The notes beneath the pieces are model-generated. The model saw only the letters and a list, made by a program, of their open reading frames with translations. It was not told the origin of the DNA and made no database searches. A DNA stretch of 63,937 nucleotides, the filler included, from Hausera hauseri (taxonomy: Eukaryota): NCBI GenBank assembly GCA_046269625.1. It is 10 parts of 10 records of this genome, joined end to end, with 100 filler letters (N's around TTAATTAATTAA, not from the genome) between each part and the next. Parts side by side here need not be neighbours in the genome. Positions count along the whole stretch, not along the records: positions 25,341 to 30,213 come from JBJURY010407922.1; positions 30,314 to 35,276 come from JBJURY010377146.1; positions 35,377 to 40,071 come from JBJURY010472466.1; 7 more parts are not named here. One strand, given 5' to 3'. Below, piece by piece: positions 29,500-40,171 of this stretch. A program made the translations under genes and the position numbers. Every line of letters starts with the position of its first letter. Within the stretch, counting starts at the first letter, position 1.

Positions 29500-30200
29500 A
29501 AGTAGTAGGGCAAAGTGTACAATATCGTTATGAAAACCTGTCTTAAAGAACTCCTACGAACTGATTTCAACGGTAAATACATAGCGTTGGATTCCGTTCA
29601 TTTCAAAATTTTCAAGCAATTTAGTAAGAGTTTTGAGTTCGGAAGTATCGCCCTTGGTAACAACGGGTCGATTCAGAATGAGGTGTTGGAGTTTGTGAAG
29701 ATTTCTCTTATTTCCCATATTTTCAATTTTAAATCGACGTTTCGTGAAAGAGGCTCTCTTAGTGTCGTAAACCAGTCGAACGCTTGTTTCCATAAAGCGT
29801 TTCTTTAGTAGACCAATATTCTTCGCACTTACAACGACCTCGTTCACAGAAATTCGATATCATTACGATGATTTCACAATTCTGCTCCCAAACCATTTGA
29901 CAAAAATCCGGAATCGTATCTTTCAACGATCCCTGAGTAGCAATGTATGAATTTGGACGGTTATAACCGTCAATGAAACTGAAATTTATATAATCGGGCT
30001 TCCCGCAGAAGGAATTTTGCAAAATAACTCTACTATAATCATAAGGGAAAATATTTGTATAGCGATTTTTCAATTGATTTTCCTTTAGTTTTGCATGTGT
30101 ACTTAAATATTTGTTGGAATCAGAATTTTCGACAGCTTCAAACTCTGCTTGAAATCCCGCTCCATCGTCAGCACGACAACTAAGAATGTTCAACAAGATT
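29500..30200 (-). pseudogene. Intronless degenerate classical protein tyrosine phosphatase domain
   Basis: NQLKNRYTNIFPYDYSRVIL, DYINFS.IDGY, YIATQGS, DFCQMVWEQ, IVM and KCEEYW, then a frameshift. No WPD or HCSAG motif found. Confidence 0.75.
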
Positions 30201-32375
30201 CGAAACGGGAATTNNNNNNNNNNNNNNNNNNNNNNNNNNNNNNNNNNNNNNNNNNNNTTAATTAATTAANNNNNNNNNNNNNNNNNNNNNNNNNNNNNNN
30301 NNNNNNNNNNNNNACTGCTTCATAAGCATCTTTGGACGCATCGCAGAATGTATGTATTTCGTATTGTGACTGATCGGGTATTAAAACCTGATTTATTTGA
30401 ATCTGATCTAAATCCTGTTGTTTCGATACCCATTCTTTTGCTCCCTTAATTAAGTGGTTTGGGAGTTGTTCGTCCCAATCTGCGCCATACATCCGCATTT
30501 CTTGAATAATCAATTTTCCTTTTATTAAGTAACTACTAAGAAACCCTAATGGATCAAATATTCGAGCTACTGAGCTCAAGAATTTTCCCTTTGTAGTAAT
30601 CTCCTCTAATTGGACTCTTTTATCGAAGGAGAATACATCACTGTTAATGCTACACCTCATACCTAGAGTTTTGTCTTCGTCTCCTCACCGACAATATGGT
30701 GGCACGTTGATCTTTCATCTTCCTGTATTATTTCTTGAAATCTTTCAGAATTTGAGACTCACTTTTTCGCTGATATACTGTCTTGACTACACAAATATTT
30801 TAGATCACGGTATATTTTCACTGCTTCACATTCTGTCTTAACGGACCCCAAGCTATCATCCATGTACGTAGGGTTCTTAACAAATCCATGCTGATTCAGG
30901 TACACGTTCTGTGTGTTTCTCGGCGTTTACACGACTTAATAATTGTGCTAGGTATGGGGATGTATTCAGTCCAAATACTAATCTTTGAAATTCATATACT
31001 TTTTCAACTTTTCCTTCCTTCCATAGAAATCGTAAGCATTTTCGATCTTCTTGTGCCACCCCAATTTGTACGAACATTTTTGTGATATCACACACCATGG
31101 TAACCTCGTGTTTTCTAAATCTAATTAATATATCCACTAAATTTAGTTGCAACTATGGTCCTTGGTGAATCATATCGTTTAGGTTAAGGTCCATGCTTTT
31201 TGAGGCCGAGTCGAACACTAATCTAATTTTTGTCGTTTCTGCATCTCTTGGTACGACCGGAAAATGTGGTAGAATCCATCCCGTCATATTGGTTTTTAGT
31301 TCTTCTGTGACGTCCTTAATATAATCTTTCTTTTTGTGCTCGTCGGTTTGTTTTTGATAACCTTCTTTCAACTCTGGATCCTTTTGTAATTTATTCTCTA
31401 GCAGCGATAATCGTCTTCTAGCTACTCGATTATTATCTGACAAGTCTTGTGGGTTTCTCTTCCATAGAATACTGACCTCATAGCTGTTATTAGCATACTT
31501 CATATCTTCCTTGGATTTCTCCATTATTTTTTCTTCTTTCTCTGTCCACGGTTGGTTCTTCTCTAGCATATCTTCGAATTTCTATAACCGTTCTAAATCG
31601 TGTTTAAGTTCCGCTTCACTCGAGAAGAAACATCGAATAAAATTCGAACGCTTCTGGAAAGGTTTCGTTATTGCTGTTGGCCCAATGCATGTTCAACCTA
31701 GCGGTGTTAATTGGGCCACAGGTTCCCCTTCCTTCCCGGATATTTCTTTGATCGCTCAGTAAAGCTGGTTGTAATTCACCCCGATCAAACCATCGACTTT
31801 CCCCGACTTTATCACCTTTGGGAAGAGTATTCCCTTTAAATGATGCCATTTGTTTTTTGATATGTTCCAGTCAGCCGCGTTTAAATTTCCTACAACATTT
31901 TCGATTGCCAGTTCTGAGATCTTCATACTTAACCTTCTATTTAAACTGCAAACGTGAAATTTGATTCTTGCTGCACTTCTTCGCCTTTTCTCACAACCTA
32001 AAACCTCCACCGAGATCGACTCTGATACTTGTTTTAAATGCAGTCTATGTGCTACTGATTTACTAATATAACTATCAGTACTAGCATAATTTAACAGAAA
32101 ATTTATTTTTTCCTTATATACTCCATTGCATAATATCACCGGAATCGTTCTCAGTGACAGTTCATCTTGCTCTTCTATGTCATGCCTTCCTGTTATATAA
32201 CTCTTCTTCTGGCCATTCTTGGTTGCCTCTGACTCATTCGCACTTATTTCACTTCCTCTAGTGAGGTTTCTCTTAACTTCTCTTGCTTAATGTTATCTGG
32301 CCTATGTATCCGATTACTACTTCGTCTAACTTACTGATTTTCAGTTCTTTGTTTATCTGATTTGCTTATGGTTTT

Positions 32376-32528
32376 ATGCAAGAATTGACATTCATCACCG
32401 TTTCTACAATTCCCCTATAGATAATATCTGAATATTCTGTTTTTGTTTTCATTCTTTTCTTCTTTATTTTCATGGGAATATTTGCATTTCTTCCCGAAAA
32501 TGCAATTCCCTCTTGCGAACGCCCAACA
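32376..32528 (-). other. Two tandem CCCH zinc fingers in the BEL Gag nucleocapsid position
   Basis: CWAFARGNCIFGKKCKYSH (32472-32528) and F/C-RYYL*GNCRNGDECQFLH (32376-32432), both with C-x7-C-x5-C-x3-H spacing. Confidence 0.8.
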
Positions 32529-34316
32529 CGCTCCTTTAGCCTTTTGGATATTCTCCTTAACTTCGGTAAAATGGATGTGATGATAATTTATCTTTTTCTC
32601 TTCCGAACCATGACTTCGGCGGTAATCATTACTTTGAAGATGCTTATAGTCATTAGGTCTTGCACCTCTTTGCTCTTTCCTCTCTGAAACATCAATTACG
32701 TGCGCGGATTCCGCTGACACACGACGACTACCGGCCTCTTCTTCCAACCAATACTTTAACTCACTCATAATTTCTTCTTTTTGGCAGATTCGCCGTTACC
32801 TTTTCCACTGACTGATTGATGTCTCTGGCAGATTCTCTAGGACAATTTTATATAGCAATCCACTATCAAGATCATTTCCTTTGTTCAGGTTTTTAAGTCG
32901 TACCGTGACAGCTTCCAATAATGAGACTAGTTTATCTATCTGCTTGACGTTATTTATGCTTATCTTCGCGAATTTACGGATCTCGTTTATTAACGCAGCG
33001 AAATTCCTTTGTTTTCCGCCATAAAACCTTTCAAGCTTCTGTAGAATAGCTTCGTAGGACGTCTCGCTGATCCCAAAATTTGTCACTAACTTTCTGCTCC
33101 ACTATTGACACAAGCTTCTAACTTTATCTGCTTTTCTACTGCTGATATTAGAGTTTGATGTACACAAACCCCAATCATTTGTCTCCGTTTTCCGTAATCA
33201 GTAACGTGTCCGCTAAATTTCGGCAATTCTATCCTGCTTCAGCGGAGACACAAATTGTTTGTAACTGTAGTCTCTGTGATCTTTTGTCGATTTCTTTCCT
33301 GGTCATCTCGTTTAGCAGCTATACGTCGAAGTCCTGCCACTGCGTCTGCATTTAGTTGACTTAAGACTCCTCTGTCTTGAATCAGGTCTTCTAATTCGTC
33401 GGGTCTCTTTTGTTGTTTTGCGACAATCTGCAATTTCAATATTTCTGAAACAGTTTCTTCATAGATTTCGCAAAATTCATCATAAGGTCTTCGAATTCCT
33501 TCTTCAGAATTGTCACCATTTAATCTTCCGTGTATACCCTCCAACCGGGACTTCAATTTTTCTTTCATTAGCAGTATTGTTTCGAATTCCTTTGTTAGTA
33601 GTTTTGTATTTTCGGAATTCGATTTGAGTCTTTTTTCGTAATTTTTATTTTATCTTTTGCTTCCTGCTTTTAATCCAAGGATCAGTTGTATGGCGGTTCC
33701 ATGAACTAGCTTCTCTACATCATTAACTGTTACTATTCTTTTACCTTGGTGGAAAAATTTCAATGAATCCGCTGATATCTTCGATTTTTCTCCTATTTTG
33801 ACAGTTAATTAATTTACGGATCTGATCCTTTCCAAATTGATTTGGATTAATATACTTTCTTGAACTCTTATAAGCACTTGTTTTATTTTTCTATTTGATG
33901 TCGTATTTTTCCCATTTTCCTTTTCAGTTTGGGAAGCGTGTCTTTCTTCTTTCTTTATCCAATGTCTTCCTGTCTCCTTGAAAATTTTCATTTCTCTTTT
34001 CTCCGTCTTTTTATTATCCAGCCAAGATATTTTAAGAACTATGGACATTTGAACTAATTTTAATCGGCACTCTGCCCAAGACCGAATCATAACCTTATTA
34101 AGTGGCACTTCACCAATTTCACCGCAACTCATAGAAGCACTTTTATAACCCTCCCCGACCTTGTCTCTGTGTTGGGTGCTTCTTGAGAAGATTTGCGCTT
34201 CACTAATTTTAAATTAACGGAAATGAAAAGTACCGAAAACAAGGAGAAAGACATGAAATTTTCTGAAGACGATCAAAATTCATGGTTTACACTCCTGGAT
34301 CACAAGGGGGAGCGTT

Positions 34317-34334
34317 AATCACGCTCTGCTACCA
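34317..34334 (-). promoter_or_regulatory. Primer-binding site complementary to the tRNA-iMet 3' end
   Basis: Minus strand TGGTAGCAGAGCGTGATT, preceded by ..CA-TA (probable LTR end at 34337). Confidence 0.7.
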
Positions 34335-35376
34335 TATGGAAAATTTATATAGATGTATGGCGAATTTCTTCCCACATGACACCTATTCATTTTAGAAGAG
34401 AATACCTTATCCACCCAAGTGTCACCCGTCTCAAAACACGAGATTGCATCCATCTATTTTCCGCTGGGCCAAATTACTATTGTATTAAATTCCCCTTCTG
34501 TTATTAAATCTTTTAACTTCGAAATTAATTTATATTGACGGATACTTACTTTCACACCAAGAAAACATCTATCTTTAATTTTATTCGCCAATTCAATCAC
34601 TCTCATCCAAACAATTTCTCCAACAACACAACCCATTCCAGCACCCATGAAACCAGAAAAATGGAAACAATAATTAAATAATATTATTAAATTCACCTTC
34701 AACTAAAATTACAGGAATGTCACCCGACCCAGCTCCGATGCCGAGTTTTTCCAAGAGCAATAAGAGTAACACCAACATTTTGCGTTAAGGTCGCTATCCA
34801 AAGAGTCTGAACTTAGCGGTATATGAACAATAATATCACTCTTGATATTGCCCGTGAATTCGAACATTAAAATAATCAGATTCGCTTGTTGTTTTCTCGC
34901 GGGATGTTCGAAAAGATAGTTTGATTTTGAGAATAACTCAGAACTGTTTCCGTTATACTTTACTCTTCGACGAAATGAATTTTGTACATACGATAGTGAT
35001 AGGTTAAACAGAAAATTCTTAGACATAAAAATATAATCCAAATCTTTGTCGGTATATCGACAATCTATTGTCAAACTAGCGAAGATAGATAGTCTTGTAA
35101 AAAAACGAATCCAATTTTTAATAAGTGATTCCATAGTATCATTTCCACTTGTAGGTATCATTGATAGAAGGTTATTTGAATCTTGTACAATAATATCAGA
35201 AACGGTATCATCTGTAACGCGCGATGAATGACGAGATGAAAAGTACGACTTCGTCAAAGGTCTTTCATATAATATANNNNNNNNNNNNNNNNNNNNNNNN
35301 NNNNNNNNNNNNNNNNNNNNTTAATTAATTAANNNNNNNNNNNNNNNNNNNNNNNNNNNNNNNNNNNNNNNNNNNN

Positions 35377-38300
35377 GGATATCCTAGGACCATTGCCTTT
35401 AACGATCAGTGGAAATAAATACATGTTAGTGTTTGTCGATTTGTTTTCTAGATGGCCAGTTGTAATACCGATACCTGATCAAAAAGCTCAAACTATCGCC
35501 CAGGCTTTTGTCGAAGAAATAGTTTTTAATTATGGAGCACCAACTAAATTATTGACGGATCAAGCACCGAACTTCACAGGGGAAGTTATGGCGGAAATAT
35601 CGAAGATATTTCAGATATTACAACTGAAAACTACTCCGTATCATCCTCAAACGAACGGAACAGTGGAAAGATTTAATGGAATTTTAACTAACATGTTAGC
35701 TACTATGGTTAATGAACGACAAGACGATTGGGACGAATATATTAAACCATGTTTATTCGCCATTAGAAACACTATTCATCCAGCAACAAAGGAAACACCT
35801 TTTTACTTGATGTACCTGAGAGATACTCACATGCCGATTGATTTGGATTTTAAAATCCCAATTTCCCATTTAAAAAATCTGGAATATAAAGAATTGTTAG
35901 AAGAAAAACTAGGATATGTATGGAATTTAGCTTCTCGTCACATGAAAATGTGTCAAAAAGAATATAAAGAACGCTACGATGAAAAAGCGAAACCTCATGA
36001 CTTTAAACCTGGTGATAAAGTCATGCTACATACACCCCTCAGTAAGAAAGGAAAGACACCGAAATTAGATAGACCATACAAAGGTCCATATATAGTTCAG
36101 AAAGCAGATGAAACTAACATCTATCTAAATAAAAATAAAAGAAATAAAATTGATCCTATAAAAGTTCACGTGAACAGGTGTAAACCAGCACCTATGGAGT
36201 CGAAAATGAGAAATGAAAACCTCAGTTTATTATTAATGATAACATTTATGACATTAACCTTAGTGACCAATGTAACAGCCCAAACCTTGGATGTAAATTA
36301 TAAGGCCGTACAAGTGGGAAAATATCCCTGCATAAAAATTACAGCCAATCGGAATTTGACAACAGATGAATATATACATATATTCATATCCAAATATCCG
36401 GTATTAGAAAAAACAACACCAGAAAATTGTGATTTATATTACAATCATTCGGTACACATCTGTTGTGGACTTTTATTTGGAGAAACATATAGAATTCAAT
36501 ATGCAACCGGAAAAAGTGATCAGAGTTACAGAAAATATTTCTCTTTTCCTGGTACTACACATTATTTTAATCGACCATATTTTCTTATTTCATTTTATAC
36601 TAAGATTATGAAAAATGGACCTTGTGTGACAGCAAAACCAGATGTTACAATTACAAGATATGTCACATTAAAATATATAATATTTGATGGTATTAATAGT
36701 GTACATTGCAAACCAAGTCATGAAAACCCATATATATGCTGTCCTATTGCTTTTGATAAAGAATATACGATATATTATTGGACTACATATAATGGTCGAG
36801 TCTGGTCAAAGACATCAGATGGCCCGGAGATAATGGTAAGATCTCCCCCTAGGAAAATTACAACCTCAACAAAGAAAATAATTACTTCGACAACATCGAC
36901 CACTGTAGTAACCAGCCCAATGACCGAAGCCAAGAAAGTTATCAAAGAATTAGATATAATCATACAACCTACAACCCATTCATTGGTTATTACAGCATTT
37001 GATTTAAAAATTACGAATATTAAATTCGAATGTTATTTTGGCCATAAAATAGTTGGTGAAGGAGTATTGACCCCAGATGAACCAACATCCTCCTGTATGC
37101 TTTTGGAAGCCGATACTAATTACCAAATTATTATAACAGAGCTAGACGAAGACGGACAAGTCCTACAAGTTCTCAAAAAGAAAGAGAAAACGTTGAAATT
37201 ACTTACAACTGTCACAAAAAGTGTTATGAAGATAACCACCATACAAAAAGCCGGAGTGACTTCAAATAAATACCTTTGGATAATTATTATATTATGTACT
37301 CTTTTAATATCACTAGTCATACTGTCACCTCTAACAATTTACTGTTTAAAAATAAGACGGCGACAATATAAAGTAGAGAAAATGATAAATCATTTAAAAA
37401 TGTTAAGAGAAAATTCCCAAGACTTTTTAAACGTAAGTGCGCCATTTTTAGAAAACCAACGGCAAGCCAAAGAGCTTACCGATCAAGGGCGGCGACATCC
37501 ACCGCTTGAGGACACAACCGTATGTCTGTGTATACAAATTTATGATAAGGCCGCTGAATTCCTAGTGACCTATATAAGAAATAAACGATCAAAGAAAGAA
37601 AATATTATTCTTTTTAAAACTTCTTGGTTAATATTGATACTTCTCTTTTTAGTCCAAGAAGGCTCAGAATCAGTCCAGAGGCCCAATGCATTCTACAATC
37701 ATATATCGGCCAATCTTCTAGCCACTATCCATAAAAACTATTGCTATTATGGTAAAGCAATGTTCATCCCAAATAATCTGAAGGGACATTTAGTATGTCA
37801 AAGAACTGGTCTTCTTCTCAAACTTCAAACAAGATCAACAAACCTCTCGGATTTGGTAAACATATCCACAAAAACGTTTGCCACCTATATCTCGGTAGCG
37901 AAAGAAAGAGTTCAGCTTAAAAGCAAATCACTTTCTACCAGAATCACGGATACTATGGACATTACAGAGCGAACAACAATTCGTTTAGACCCTCGTTTTT
38001 ATATAAACGTTGCTTAAACCCTCCGGACATACGATACACCTTGTCCAGTAGTATACATAGAGGTGATAAAAAAGGAAAATATACCTCGACTAACTTACGA
38101 AATTGAAAAATACCCTACATCTAGACCTAAGGAAACTGAAGTAGAAAGAGGCCTATCCTTTTTAAGGAGACCAATACAATTAAAGTCAGAAATTGTAATT
38201 ATGGCAATTAATACAGTGTATTTAATGACCCCTATCAGAAGCAAAGAAACGACAATAGTTGAGATAACCCTAATAGATTTAGAAGGTAATATTATAAAAG

Positions 38301-39136
38301 ATGAAATTCTGACCCCAAGAGAGAGAATAGATAATTACAATAGTCATTTTACCGGTTTAAAAGAAGCTGATATTCTTGGCCAAAGGGACTCCTATGAAGA
38401 AGAACCCTATATCCGGAAGGCAATATTTGGCAAGGTAATAGTTGGTCTTGACGTATATCATATGTTGGCAACCACTCTTAGATACGATTATAACAATTTT
38501 CTTGGCATTAGGGATCTATTGCACCATACAGAGATCAATTCCCATCAGGAATATACTGTAAAGCAACTTCTTATGAAATATAACGATGAAGTATATCCTC
38601 AAAAGACGAAAGAGAAGGCCTTAATTATACTTGAGATCTATAATACAATTTCGGAATATAAAAACGAACATTTCAAAAGTAATACAACCCCCATGGAAAC
38701 TCAAGAATCAGAAACTATCCAACAAGTGCTTATCCAGATAGCACCTATGTCAATAAAATCTAAACCCCTGAAGACTCAATCGACACCATCTCAGTCAGTA
38801 ACTGAACAATCAATGTAAAATCAATCAATACCTGATAATCAACCAATCTCAGCCACGACTTCGATAACGAAAGAATGTTATATAAGTCTAAAGCCTTTAA
38901 CATTAGCTAGTTCTACAGAATCCGTCTTCGTTGATTTAACAAAGAAATCAAAGAATAAAAAGAAAATCCCAAAATTAGAGACGATCACCTTAAAAAGAAC
39001 GATCAAGAAAAAAGGAAGAAGCCTCCAGATTAAATCAGTCGATTACCAGGACATAAATGGAGTTATTGAAGTCTACCCCTTGATGTTGAGGACAACATCA
39101 ACTGGAAAGGGAGATGTCGAACCAGTTAACCGTTAA
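35377..39136 (+). CDS. Gypsy copy B: integrase plus in-frame extension (signal peptide, Cys-rich repeats, Thr stalk, FN3-like, TM, second hydrophobic segment, DEDDh-like fold, basic tail); one frame with two internal TAA codons
   Basis: The 874-aa ORF has DDE integrase motifs (VDLFSRW, LLTDQAPNF, HPQTNGTVERFN) and GPY. The 38063 ORF is in the same frame. Stops occur only at 38015-38017 and 38816-38818 before the final TAA at 39134-39136. Confidence 0.85.
38190..38650 (+). other. REX4/ISG20-like DEDDh exonuclease fold lacking catalytic residues
   Basis: IVIMAINTV..IVEITLIDLEGNIIKDEILTPRERIDNYNSHFTGLKEADI..GKVIVGLDVYHML..IRDL aligns by eye to the REX4 pattern VAMDCEMV..ARVSIVN..G..VYDKYVKP...VTDYRT.VSGI..GRILVGH.L.NDL..IRDT. 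Confidence 0.65.
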
Positions 39137-39669
39137 CCAAGCTAAACGAGAAAAAACAATAAAATAAATGCAGGGAAATAAACCCACTAATCATTAACAG
39201 TTGTTGTTGACCGAAAATATTGATCAATCCACTGAACATAATTGTATTTTTATTTCTAACTCATTTTCAGTAATTGATCCTCAATTGATTCTATCATACC
39301 ATAATGTATTTTTATTTTCTTTTTATTGTATTGTATGAGTCTCAATGGTATAAATACTGTTACGTTTCCTCACTCAAATTATTATTATAATTTCGTGTAT
39401 TCATCGACTTGAAAAACGTTCTATGATGATTGACGGATGTAAGAATATTTGTTTTTGTTTTTGTTTTTATTTTCATTTTTGACCGTAGTAATTTCATATT
39501 CTTAATTACATATTTTTGGTTATTTAATTGTTCTTAATTGTGTCAAAGTAAAGTATTTAAGTAAAGAAGTCATAAGTAAAGAATACATCGTAGTAAGAAA
39601 ATTTACATTAAATTAAAAAGGGCCCTATTTGGTATACCGTCCCTTCAGGACGGTTGTTAAAATCTTGAT

Positions 39670-39990
39670 AAATAAGGGTGAGCTACGTCAGTGTCCCTCC
39701 TGACGATACTCATACATTAAGGCCAAATAACTAAAAGTAATTAACATCGGCGGACCCACAGGCCGTTGATTACCACTATATAGTAAGTAAAGTTTGAGAC
39801 AGGGAGAGTACTCAAGCTTTTAAGTAAAGAAGTATAAGTTTAAGGTCGTAAGACCAATAAATCTTAGCCTATAAACTTATCATACTCAAAAAATGAAATA
39901 AAAAACTTTAAAAACAAAGTTTTAAAAAACTACGTATGTTATTTATTTGGAAATGTACGTTAATAATTTGTAACGAGGGTATGTAACATA
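39670..39990 (+). repeat. Probable PPT and 3' LTR of Gypsy copy B
   Basis: Purine tract AAATAAGGGTGAG, then TATATA (~39776), AATAAA (~39856) and a ..TGTAACA end near 39988. No second LTR is available to confirm. Confidence 0.4.
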
Positions 39991-40171
39991 ATATTGTAAC
40001 ATGAATTTATTTACGATTAGCCTGGATTATATTCTTTCTCCTTCAATATTTTCTCAGATTTATATTCCCTANNNNNNNNNNNNNNNNNNNNNNNNNNNNN
40101 NNNNNNNNNNNNNNNTTAATTAATTAANNNNNNNNNNNNNNNNNNNNNNNNNNNNNNNNNNNNNNNNNNNN

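Larger units (their letters stand above)
30314..34334 (-). mobile_element. BEL/Pao LTR retrotransposon internal region (Gag, protease, RT, RNase H start), degenerate
   Basis: DUF1759-like Gag (SYEAILQKLERFYGG), degenerate protease LLNYASTDSYI, WILPHFPVV..TTKIRLVFDSASK..LND..HQGP, CDITKMF.QI, LVFGLNTSPY, YMDD at ~30855-30866, SSVARIFDPLGFL, IHTFCDASKDAY. Confidence 0.92.

Noticed and set aside
34709-35257. 182-aa ORF upstream of the BEL PBS
   Set aside because: No recognisable motif, and I cannot tell whether it is inside the element or coding at all.
29500-37350. PTP domain plus FN3-TM as one receptor PTP gene
   Set aside because: They are on different contigs, and the post-TM region of the Gypsy extension has no PTP motifs.
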